Below are positions 56,235-64,000 of a DNA stretch of 64,000 nt, piece by piece. The notes under the pieces were generated by a model. The model ran no database searches. It saw nothing but the letters and a program-made list of their open reading frames with translations, and was not told the DNA's origin. How positions within the stretch are numbered: position 1 is the first letter of the stretch; the number at the start of each line of letters is the position of its first letter. The DNA comes from a virus (lineage: Duplodnaviria; Heunggongvirae; Uroviricota; Caudoviricetes): IMG/VR virus record IMGVR_UViG_3300032307_000691. One strand, written 5' to 3'. Made by a program: the position numbers and the translations under genes.

Positions 56235-56795
56235 TCAATACCACCAACCTTTACCACTAAATTCGGCGAAATCAAATAATAAATTGATTCTATCGATTGA
56301 ACCTCGATTGTTGACCTCATGTTGACGCATGTTATTCAATTCAAACATTTGTCCAATCTCAAAGAATTTACTCTCTTCTTCAACAACATATTCTACTTTA
56401 TCCCATTCACAAATTAATGGTACGTGAATACGGTGTGATAGATTGTAAGAACCCCCAACATCTTTATGAGATTTAATACTTTGTCCTGCCGGTAATCTTA
56501 CCAGAACCGCCCGAACAACATAACCCCAATTATACTCTTGTTCAAGTTTCTTTAATAATGGGTCAATTAGTTTATCAAAATCTAATCTATGGTACAACTC
56601 ATGTTTGGTTCCGTTGAAATGTCGGAAATCGTTGTCATAGATTATTGCTAAGGTCTTCGATGCTCCGTGCATTGGATTAGCATCTTGTCTCCATGTATAT
56701 CTATCCCACTCTTCGGTTGGGATTTGAGATACCTTATCCAACCATGGTTGAATATCCACCTTACCGTAATCTTTGAAGTTTTCTTTTATATTCAT
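56235..56795 (-). CDS. aspartyl/asparaginyl beta-hydroxylase-family 2OG oxygenase
   Basis: SHKDVGGSYNLSHRIHVPL...NNMRQHEVNNRGSIDR resembles the AspH H...H(L/V)GL...fDDsfeHev.N...R pattern; start trimmed to MNIKENF (ATGA overlap). Confidence 0.5.
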   Translation of the reverse strand: MNIKENFKDYGKVDIQPWLDKVSQIPTEEWDRYTWRQDANPMHGASKTLAIIYDNDFRHFNGTKHELYHRLDFDKLIDPLLKKLEQEYNWGYVVRAVLVRLPAGQSIKSHKDVGGSYNLSHRIHVPLICEWDKVEYVVEEESKFFEIGQMFELNNMRQHEVNNRGSIDRINLLFDFAEFSGKGWWY

Positions 56796-57796
56796 AAAAT
56801 TGTAAACAGTGCGTAGGTTAACATTATTGAAATCCAAATGATAAGTGCCTTTAAATAAACCATAAATCCTGTGTGGAAATATTTCTGACCTATTGGTAAA
56901 CACTTATGTGTTGGTGATATTAAATATGCGGAGTATTCCAATGTGAAGAACAATACAAAGTATTCCATGCCAAATGCCGCTGTTAATAAACTAACGATAC
57001 CAGCATACTTTGCGGATGAACCGAGTAAGAAAGATGCAAGGAAACCAAAAATAGAAACCAAAACAATATTCTTACTCAAAGCAAATTGTTTGATGAATGC
57101 TTCGATGTATGTGTAATAAGAATTAATTAAGTTTCCGAGGACAATTACAATGGCAACAATCACAACTAACTCCCAATTAATATAATCCAATAGTTTGAAC
57201 CATGACTTGGAATAACTAACCAAGTAGTATGTGAATACAATGAAAGCTAAAAAGTAATAATCAGTTACACAACTAATTAAAATGGTGGTGAGGAATGGAA
57301 CCACAACCAACCACATGTTCTTCCAATTAATTGGTTCATCATGTACCTCTATGTCAATCTCATCATCGTTTAGTGACATGATGTAAAATGAAATGTATAC
57401 CCCTGTTATCAATAACAATGGCCATATATAAGACATAAAAGTCATATATGATAAACCAAGTACCGCCATCGGAATGATAACAGTTTTCTCGAGAGGTGAC
57501 CATAGATAATAATGGTGAGTTGCCAAGTAATCAATGATACCGAACTTCTTTCTTTTCTTATTATCCACAGGCGCAATACTATTCAACATACTAGCTGATA
57601 AAGCAACTCTACCGGGTATTGGAAGTACTCCACCAAACAATGAAACAAGAAAGACGACTGCTTTCTTTGATTTGATTTTCTGTGTTAGTAATCGAAATAA
57701 GTCCGTAAGGTATCCTCTTTCTTTGAGGATACCCGTTACGAACATTATTGAAATTAAATAGATTAGGAACTCTTGTCCCTTAATTAAAATCTCCAT
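56792..57796 (-). CDS. polytopic membrane protein (about 9-10 TM), putative transporter
   Basis: 334 aa, very hydrophobic. Confidence 0.5.
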   Translation of the reverse strand: MEILIKGQEFLIYLISIMFVTGILKERGYLTDLFRLLTQKIKSKKAVVFLVSLFGGVLPIPGRVALSASMLNSIAPVDNKKRKKFGIIDYLATHHYYLWSPLEKTVIIPMAVLGLSYMTFMSYIWPLLLITGVYISFYIMSLNDDEIDIEVHDEPINWKNMWLVVVPFLTTILISCVTDYYFLAFIVFTYYLVSYSKSWFKLLDYINWELVVIVAIVIVLGNLINSYYTYIEAFIKQFALSKNIVLVSIFGFLASFLLGSSAKYAGIVSLLTAAFGMEYFVLFFTLEYSAYLISPTHKCLPIGQKYFHTGFMVYLKALIIWISIMLTYALFTIL

Positions 57797-58746
57797 GCGA
57801 ATATGATTGTGCTTCGTGATGCTTTAGAATCTTGAGTTAACCCCGGCATCACTTCCACGGTTAAATAAGCATGACCATTAAATCGATATTGAAGAAGTGG
57901 TCCGAGATAATACTCATTACTACCACCACTATAATCATTGTGACGATACATACCACTAACACCTAAAGTTAAATCGTTGTTGACGATGTGACCATACGAT
58001 GCTGTTGATGCATACTCAGGTTCTCTTTCCTCTTTAGTATTGGCTAAATTACCTTCATAGATAAGGTTCAAACCCCAAATACCATTGTTACCGATTCTAT
58101 CACCAAGTAATAGTTTTGGTTCAATACCCCAATACCCATCTAACATTTTCATTTCATAATAGATGGTTGGGTTACCCCAAATCTTACCCCAATCGGCAAG
58201 TGCATACCTTAATTCCCATGAGAAGCCCCTCCAACTGAAGGTCTTGTTGCCATTTTCACCATCATAAACGGTATGAGAGTACAGGTCTAATTGTAATCTC
58301 TTTCCTAAACCGAAGGTGAATTCATCCCTCATTCTAATTTGGGCCGGACCGTCCCTGCGGTCACGAATGTCAAACCATTTCTCATACATGACTGAACCTG
58401 GTGGGTTCATCACGTAGACCCTAGTTGAAGGGAACATCCTCATTGTACTCCACAAGGGTTGGTTGTATGGACCTACCTTTGTTTGGAGGGGATATTTCTT
58501 TGCGGTTACAATAACAGCTTCCATTTCCATCGGACCCATAATGGTATCTTTTACCTTAGTTGAATCCTTGGTTCTTGCCTGTTCTGAACCTCTACTTATA
58601 GCAGAATTGCTGTATTGTGCATTTACAGATGTTGCACCCATCAAAAGAAGGAGAAATGTCAACTTCCCCGTTTTGTTTCCCACAAACCCAATGATTGTTG
58701 AAACGACATTGACCAACCAAAATGATGGTCTTTTTTTTACATTCAT
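57784..58746 (-). CDS. outer-membrane beta-barrel-like protein
   Basis: Signal peptide ending VNAQ; Y/W/G-rich; C-terminal ...IIFAWRF aromatic terminus typical of OMPs. Confidence 0.5.
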   Translation of the reverse strand: MNVKKRPSFWLVNVVSTIIGFVGNKTGKLTFLLLLMGATSVNAQYSNSAISRGSEQARTKDSTKVKDTIMGPMEMEAVIVTAKKYPLQTKVGPYNQPLWSTMRMFPSTRVYVMNPPGSVMYEKWFDIRDRRDGPAQIRMRDEFTFGLGKRLQLDLYSHTVYDGENGNKTFSWRGFSWELRYALADWGKIWGNPTIYYEMKMLDGYWGIEPKLLLGDRIGNNGIWGLNLIYEGNLANTKEEREPEYASTASYGHIVNNDLTLGVSGMYRHNDYSGGSNEYYLGPLLQYRFNGHAYLTVEVMPGLTQDSKASRSTIIFAWRF

Positions 58747-58810
58747 TCTTTTGTTATTAATGTAATTTATGTGTCAAAGCACCTTACAATAATAACAAAA
58801 AATATTCGAA

Positions 58811-59143
58811 TTATAAAATGTTTCTAAGGATAATTGTTAGAGAAATCATTATCCACAATGTATTGAAAACGATGAGTGTGGGTAGTGATTTTTTCATACT
58901 TGCCCAAATCAATAGAGAAGATGTAAGAAGCGTAAAGAAGTGTAACCACCAAACCTCTTTTCCAAAAATTAAACCGGGTATGATAATTGCGGCTTTAGCC
59001 ATCCAAGCTGCGAATTCAATTACATTGTAATCAGTCCAATACGATTTGTATTTGTACATCAAAATCTTATCCTTTATTCTACTGTAACCAATAAAGTAAA
59101 AGAGTAATCCGATAAAAATTGTATAGCTAAGAATGTTAATCAT
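58811..59143 (-). CDS. small membrane protein (110 aa, 3-4 TM)
   Basis: ORF track. Confidence 0.5.
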   Translation of the reverse strand: MINILSYTIFIGLLFYFIGYSRIKDKILMYKYKSYWTDYNVIEFAAWMAKAAIIIPGLIFGKEVWWLHFFTLLTSSLLIWASMKKSLPTLIVFNTLWIMISLTIILRNIL

Positions 59144-59309
59144 TGATTCGGTTTAAAAGGTTTTCTTTAATCTCATTCTCATCTTTGAATAAATGAAAAT
59201 GAACGGGTTTATTACACATACAAGTGAAGTCCATATATTCGTTCACTAGTTCTTTATACTTCGTTTCTAAAAATTCAATTCGTTCTTTTAATTCTTTAAT
59301 CTCGTCCAT
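59137..59309 (-). CDS. possible small coiled-coil protein (about 57 aa) bridging the halogenase and membrane genes; coordinates approximate
   Basis: MDEIKELKERIEFLETKYKELVNEYMDFTCMCNKPVHFHLF...; overlaps the halogenase 3' end in another frame. Confidence 0.2.
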
Positions 59310-60831
59310 ATTTCTCCCTTAATTGTTCATAAAGGTTTGGTAATAACTCAGTCAAGAGTTTTGTTTCATATTTAATTAAATCTATTTTCTTTTCCATGTA
59401 AGGAAGATACTTTTCTTTGATTTCAATCCTTGGTCTTCTTCCAAATGGATTGTTGTAAAAGAATCCCGTGCCCCATAACCATTGGAACCAGTTTACTGAA
59501 CCGAAGATTCTACCTCTGAATAATTCCTCAGCAGGTCTCACGGCCATAATCTGTAACTTCTGCATCAATGTGTCAGGAATAAATGATTTGGTTTTACAAT
59601 CTCTCCAAAAAGGAGTATCGTTTCTTTGACAAGTCAGGTAGTGTGCGTGAATGAAATCACGAATATCAATCATCATATCAATATTATCCTTGTTGATAAT
59701 ATCAATTGTTTGTGAAGTGTAGTTCAAATCGTTTCTTTCAAGTTCAGTTGCCAATGTTGACATAATTCCTTGGAAGGTAGAAATGCCGGTTGATTCCATT
59801 GGTTCGGCAAATCCTCCTGCCAATCCACAAGCAACAACATTTTTAACCGCAACTCTTTCACGAGTACCAACTCTCATGTTGATTTTTAAAACATCACCTT
59901 CATAACCACCATGGAATTCTCTAAACTCCTTCTCAGCTTCTTCATCAGTAATATACTTTGATGAGTAAACATAACCGGAACCGATTCTATCATAAATTGG
60001 TGTTTTCCATAACCAACCACTATTCATCGTATACAATCTACTGTAAGGTTCCATTTCTGTTGACTTATCCTTGTATTGAATAGGTGCAGCAATCGCCTTA
60101 TCACAGAATAATGAATCTTCAAATGAGATGAATGGTTCACCCATTACCGATTCAATCAACGCACCTTTGAAACCTGAACAATCTATATAAAGGTCCGCTT
60201 TGAACTTTTGTTGGTCCCATAATTTAATATCTTGGATGAATCCAAAATCATCAAGTTTAACTTGTTTAAGGTCACCCTCAACAAACTTTACTCCATTAGG
60301 GATACAAACTTTATTTTTGATTACCTCTGCGAATTTGATTGCATCGAAATTGTAACTATAAACACTTTCAATATCGTTAAACGTTGGGATGTAACTTAAT
60401 TCATCATCAACAGTTGGTGATAGGTTTTGAAGTGCTAAGGTTGGTGAGAGAAATAACTCATTTATTTTGTGTGGGTCATTCTCATGATATTTTAAAAGAT
60501 ATTGTAAGAGATTTGTTTTTTGATTGATGTACAATGTTTGTTCGTTCTCCACCAAAACAAAATGGTCGCCCTTTTCTGACCAATTCATAAATCTCCCACC
60601 GTATTTGTAAACTGCTGAAGATTCTTCCATCCAATCTTTTTCTTCCAATCCAATGAACTTCATAAAGGAATGAAGACTTGCGGTGGAGCTTTCACCCACA
60701 CCAATTGTTCCAATTTTTTTGGAATGAATTAATGTAATATCAAGTTTATCTTTAAAAACTTTTGATAATAATGCCGCGGTCATGATACCTGCGGTACCGC
60801 CACCGACGATTAATATTTTTTTTACTTCCAT
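59296..60831 (-). CDS. flavin-dependent halogenase (tryptophan-halogenase family)
   Basis: N-terminal ILIVGGGTAG FAD fold; GWLWKTPIYDRIG matches the halogenase WxWxIP motif. Confidence 0.7.
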   Translation of the reverse strand: MEVKKILIVGGGTAGIMTAALLSKVFKDKLDITLIHSKKIGTIGVGESSTASLHSFMKFIGLEEKDWMEESSAVYKYGGRFMNWSEKGDHFVLVENEQTLYINQKTNLLQYLLKYHENDPHKINELFLSPTLALQNLSPTVDDELSYIPTFNDIESVYSYNFDAIKFAEVIKNKVCIPNGVKFVEGDLKQVKLDDFGFIQDIKLWDQQKFKADLYIDCSGFKGALIESVMGEPFISFEDSLFCDKAIAAPIQYKDKSTEMEPYSRLYTMNSGWLWKTPIYDRIGSGYVYSSKYITDEEAEKEFREFHGGYEGDVLKINMRVGTRERVAVKNVVACGLAGGFAEPMESTGISTFQGIMSTLATELERNDLNYTSQTIDIINKDNIDMMIDIRDFIHAHYLTCQRNDTPFWRDCKTKSFIPDTLMQKLQIMAVRPAEELFRGRIFGSVNWFQWLWGTGFFYNNPFGRRPRIEIKEKYLPYMEKKIDLIKYETKLLTELLPNLYEQLREKYGRD

Positions 60832-60840
60832 AAAATGTTT

Positions 60841-61572
60841 TTATCCGTTTGAAGGTGTAACCGCATCGAAACGTGAGTCACCCGGAATGATTGTTCTTTC
60901 TACTGGTAAAACCACATTGATGATTTCATCTCCTTCTGCGGTTTTTAACTGATTAACGTATGTTTCTTCGTCAACAAATAACTGAGTAACTTGGGCATTG
61001 TAATTGTCAACTGCATTGAGTACTAATGGTACTAAATCTGCAACGGTTGTATTCTTAACGGTCGCTAATGCGGATAATGTCGGTGTGTCAACAGTGTTGT
61101 CTGCAAGATACATTCTCGCTTCATCCTCTTGTAACTTCCAAGTTGCCCTTTCTTGAGGAGTTTTATTTGCCGATAAGGTTTCAAATTTATTTTTAAAATA
61201 GTTCTTAACCATTCTAATTCTCAACCATCTAATTGCTTCATATCTATCGACAACTTCTTCATCAGTCATTGGTCTTTTGATTCTGATACCTTTTAATTTA
61301 TCAAAATCTTCATCAAAGAATTCTTCCTCTTGTCCGCTAGAATAACCTTTATATAATTTAGCAGAATCTTTAGTTGCTACATAAAAAGCCAATCCATCAA
61401 TTACTTGTTGTGGACATAATTGAATGCTGTACTTATTAAGTGTTGCCAACGATATTAAATTAATATCGGGTATTGAAGCGAAGAAGGTATTGTCAGCATA
61501 TCTTACAATTTCTATTCCGCTTAAATTTGGTTGTGGTTCTCCTTGAGGGACGTTAAATGCGATGTAATCCAT
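60841..61572 (-). CDS. hypothetical protein (243 aa), possible virion protein
   Basis: ORF track; adjacent to the tail-fibre-like genes. Confidence 0.5.
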   Translation of the reverse strand: MDYIAFNVPQGEPQPNLSGIEIVRYADNTFFASIPDINLISLATLNKYSIQLCPQQVIDGLAFYVATKDSAKLYKGYSSGQEEEFFDEDFDKLKGIRIKRPMTDEEVVDRYEAIRWLRIRMVKNYFKNKFETLSANKTPQERATWKLQEDEARMYLADNTVDTPTLSALATVKNTTVADLVPLVLNAVDNYNAQVTQLFVDEETYVNQLKTAEGDEIINVVLPVERTIIPGDSRFDAVTPSNG

Positions 61573-62228
61573 TATTGTTGTTGTTTAAAATCAATTTCTT
61601 TTATTTGACCAGATTGTAATTGTTCTTGGTCGCCCACCATATCTAAATATTTTACTTGACCCTTTACTTCATTCGCAATCTTAGTAGTTTCAACCAAAGC
61701 AGCTCTAAAATTTTCAGGTCCCATCTGCATCAATGCTTCAAGGTTACCGACCCCAATACGTCCAACGGTTAAAATCTCAAGAGCCGATTGTGTTGCCAAT
61801 CGTTTAATCCAATAATCATGTTCATGCGCTTCTTGATTACTCATCATTTCATTAACATCATATTGTGCCCTGAACTCACTTTCAATCTTTTGTAGATTTT
61901 CTATTTCAGAAATAATTCTTGTTCTATTTCTTAAAATGTTTTCATATGTGATATCATTTTTCTTGATATCAAATTCATATAATTTCTTTTGTGCTGGAGA
62001 TGTTTCATTCTCCATTTTTTCAATCAATAAATCTTTTTCTAATCTATTTTTTTCAACTTCCAAATTGATTTGCTCGGCATTCGTGTAACGAACTTCTAAT
62101 TCCAATAAAATTTGTTTAAACTGTCGGTATGGATTGTGTTGGGAATTAACAACAAAATGTTTGATTTGAAACTCCGACATGGAGAAAACCATATCCTTAT
62201 ACTCTTTTGGTAACAACTCTTCTTTCAT
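61572..62228 (-). CDS. coiled-coil protein (218 aa)
   Basis: ORF track; preceded by the conserved AT-box. Confidence 0.5.
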   Translation of the reverse strand: MKEELLPKEYKDMVFSMSEFQIKHFVVNSQHNPYRQFKQILLELEVRYTNAEQINLEVEKNRLEKDLLIEKMENETSPAQKKLYEFDIKKNDITYENILRNRTRIISEIENLQKIESEFRAQYDVNEMMSNQEAHEHDYWIKRLATQSALEILTVGRIGVGNLEALMQMGPENFRAALVETTKIANEVKGQVKYLDMVGDQEQLQSGQIKEIDFKQQQ

Positions 62229-62242
62229 AATATTACTTTTGT

Positions 62243-62275
62243 ACTAAAATATAAATAAAAGTTTTCAAAAAAACA
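62243..62275 (-). promoter_or_regulatory. 33-nt conserved AT-box (copy 2 of 2)
   Basis: tactaaaatataaataaaagttttcaaaaaaac; 15 nt upstream of start 62228. Confidence 0.5.
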
Positions 62276-62277
62276 AG

Positions 62278-63864
62278 TTAATATGAACTCCACATTGGGG
62301 AAGCTGAACTAATTTGTCTCGGAGCGTCGGCAATATTAACTATTGTCTCGACATTATAGTTAATCTTATCGGTATGAGCATTTTGACCTGAGTTACAGTT
62401 ATAACCACCAGCAAAGTACCCCCAATTCATTCCCATAACTCCCGAATGTTCGTTGTTGTATAATGTTTGAGATGCAGTACTACTTAATGTCCATGTTGAG
62501 GTCACCATATCGAATTTAAAAATTGCGTTTCCTGCTGTCGTCGTACAATAGGAACCACCCCAGTTACCCGCCAAGAAAAATTTCTCGTGTTTACTATTAA
62601 CACCTTTCTCGGCACCCCCACCCGGCATCCCTAATGAACCCGGACTGTTTGTTGTTGTAATTACTGCCCACGTATCGGTTGCATGAGGCATTCTATTTGT
62701 TACGGTGTTAGAACCACCATATGAAGATGCAAATTGAAAACTATAATCTTTGTTAAACCAACCAACACCATATTGACCAAGAGGAGCACCTCCTGAACTT
62801 GACCATGTTTCTGTACTAAATCTCAGAATATCCATTTGGTCATTACCCTTACCATGTTCGAATGCTCTTGTACCATATGTTGCCACGGTATTGTAAAGGT
62901 CACCTTGGTAACTTGGTAACGATGACGGCATAAATCCAACCCCTTCTTGTGAAGATGATGGTGAGCCACCGGCACCATTTGGTCTGTTGGCAATTGATTG
63001 TACAGAATCTGTTGGGAAGTTTACCCTATCATTTGTTACATCTCCATTCTGTACGTTATGATATACATAACCATTAACCAATGAACTTGCCCATCCACCA
63101 TACTTAATTGCCTTATTTAAGTTATTTGACATTGTGGACCAAGCATCAGTGGCAAATGAAAGTTTAGTTACTTGATTATATATGGTACTACCGATGTATC
63201 CCCCACCAATAAATCCTCTAATTAGGTTTAGTGAGAAACGATATAAATCTCTATCAAATCCAAATACTTCTCTACCATTATGTCTTAAACTTGCATAGTT
63301 ATCGACGATTGTTAATGGATTACCATTTGAACCCGCTTCACCACAAATAACACAAACAGCATCTGTTGATGCAATTGTTGTACTTGATGAATTTGTGAAG
63401 TTTGTCCATGGACCGTCCGCACTAATTGTTGAGTATTGTAATGTTAATGTGTTTCCTGAACGTTGCCATTTTAACCAATAACCAGGTGCGGATGAACCAC
63501 TACTTTGTATTGGTGCGTGATATTGACCAAAGAATGTTGCAGAATAACCATTTGGGAATCCTGAGGTGTTTAATGCACCGGCATATGGTCCTGCACCATC
63601 CGCAGAGTATCCATTAAAATCAAAGTGGTGTACGTTGGGGCCGTAAACAAACCCCGCACCGATATAATCATGTGCCCAATATGCTACAATTCTAAAATCT
63701 TCACCTGCCGCAAATGTTCTGTTGTATACAACAGTGGTATAACCGCCTGATGGAGGTGTAAATGTTTTGTTACTATTTGACAAAGTACCACCTGTGTGAT
63801 AGGTCGATGCCTTTCTCCATCCAGGACTTCCATCTAATATTTCTATGTCGCCGTTTACTATCAT
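62278..63864 (-). CDS. tail-fibre-like / receptor-binding-like Gly-rich structural protein
   Basis: 528 aa, G/S/T/N-rich; C-terminus ...CNSGQNAHTDKINYNVETIVNIADAPRQ paralogous to the next gene. Confidence 0.45.
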   Translation of the reverse strand: MIVNGDIEILDGSPGWRKASTYHTGGTLSNSNKTFTPPSGGYTTVVYNRTFAAGEDFRIVAYWAHDYIGAGFVYGPNVHHFDFNGYSADGAGPYAGALNTSGFPNGYSATFFGQYHAPIQSSGSSAPGYWLKWQRSGNTLTLQYSTISADGPWTNFTNSSSTTIASTDAVCVICGEAGSNGNPLTIVDNYASLRHNGREVFGFDRDLYRFSLNLIRGFIGGGYIGSTIYNQVTKLSFATDAWSTMSNNLNKAIKYGGWASSLVNGYVYHNVQNGDVTNDRVNFPTDSVQSIANRPNGAGGSPSSSQEGVGFMPSSLPSYQGDLYNTVATYGTRAFEHGKGNDQMDILRFSTETWSSSGGAPLGQYGVGWFNKDYSFQFASSYGGSNTVTNRMPHATDTWAVITTTNSPGSLGMPGGGAEKGVNSKHEKFFLAGNWGGSYCTTTAGNAIFKFDMVTSTWTLSSTASQTLYNNEHSGVMGMNWGYFAGGYNCNSGQNAHTDKINYNVETIVNIADAPRQISSASPMWSSY

Positions 63865-64000
63865 GCCATTTGTCCGCTATACATTGGGCACCCTGCGGAT
63901 AATGCTCGAGGTGCGTCGAAAACTTTTATTACTGTGTCTGTATTATATTCCACTCTATCTGTGTGTGCGTTTTGAACACCATTATAACCACCAGCAAAAT
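63861..64000 (-). CDS. tail-fibre-like paralog, C-terminal fragment (gene continues beyond the window)
   Basis: ...GGYNGVQNAHTDRVEYNTDTVIKVFDAPRALSAGCPMYSGQMA*; stop overlaps ATG 63864. Confidence 0.4.
   Translation of the reverse strand, partial: FAGGYNGVQNAHTDRVEYNTDTVIKVFDAPRALSAGCPMYSGQMA

Noticed and set aside
58811-59143. One-nucleotide discrepancy between my hand-indexed start codon (59140-59142) and the ORF-track end (59143)
   Set aside because: ORF-track lengths are internally consistent (333 nt), so the offset is attributed to my manual position counting. Hand-derived coordinates in this report should be taken as accurate to about 1-2 nt.
1-64000. Possibility that this is a eukaryotic giant-virus fragment (AT-rich, NAMPT/PRPP synthetase/ThyA/DHFR, AAAAT-rich upstream boxes)
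   Set aside because: The window contains bacterial lipobox lipoproteins, OMP-type signal peptides and C-termini, a DnaA domain IV, rho-independent hairpin+T terminators, translationally coupled ATGA overlaps and TAnnTTTG boxes. These are all bacterial (Bacteroidetes) phage hallmarks.

Overview
This window looks like a stretch of a large dsDNA phage genome whose host is probably a Bacteroidetes/Flavobacteriia bacterium. The evidence is consistent: AT-rich sequence, very dense coding with ATGA-type start/stop overlaps, no Shine-Dalgarno sequences, many TAnnTTTG-like boxes upstream of starts, several hairpin+T-tract terminators, lipoproteins with lipobox cysteines, and outer-membrane-type proteins with ...AQ signal-peptidase sites and C-terminal aromatic residues. 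From about 3.6 kb to 49.7 kb the genes run almost entirely on the minus strand. Two plus-strand islands interrupt this: an early-gene-like block at 0.2-3.3 kb and a glycosyltransferase cluster at 50.0-55.7 kb. Products I could recognise by sequence: dihydrofolate reductase, methylglyoxal synthase, an S-adenosylmethionine-decarboxylase-like pyruvoyl enzyme, adenylosuccinate synthetase, PRPP synthetase, nicotinamide phosphoribosyltransferase, a thymidylate-synthase-family protein with large insertions, four HAD phosphatases, a metallophosphoesterase, a minimal CCA/polyA-type nucleotidyltransferase, a DEDDh 3'-5' exonuclease, a DnaA domain-IV-like protein, an RmlC-like cupin, four glycosyltransferases, an adenine-MTase-like protein, two peptidoglycan hydrolases, an SPFH protein, an acyl-CoA thioesterase, two 2OG-oxygenase-like proteins, a flavin-dependent (Trp-type) halogenase, outer-membrane-type proteins, a GIY-YIG repeat protein, paralogous families and tail-fibre-like paralogs at the 3' end. 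Three recurrent non-coding motif families sit at gene junctions: TTAGTTTGGCAA, TTTTTTGGAATATTCAAAAA-like, and TATTTATATA/T4-late-like boxes. No rRNA, tRNA, CRISPR, integrase or transposase could be supported. All functional calls come from my reading of the translated ORFs. Coordinates for features I added by hand may be off by 1-2 nt.
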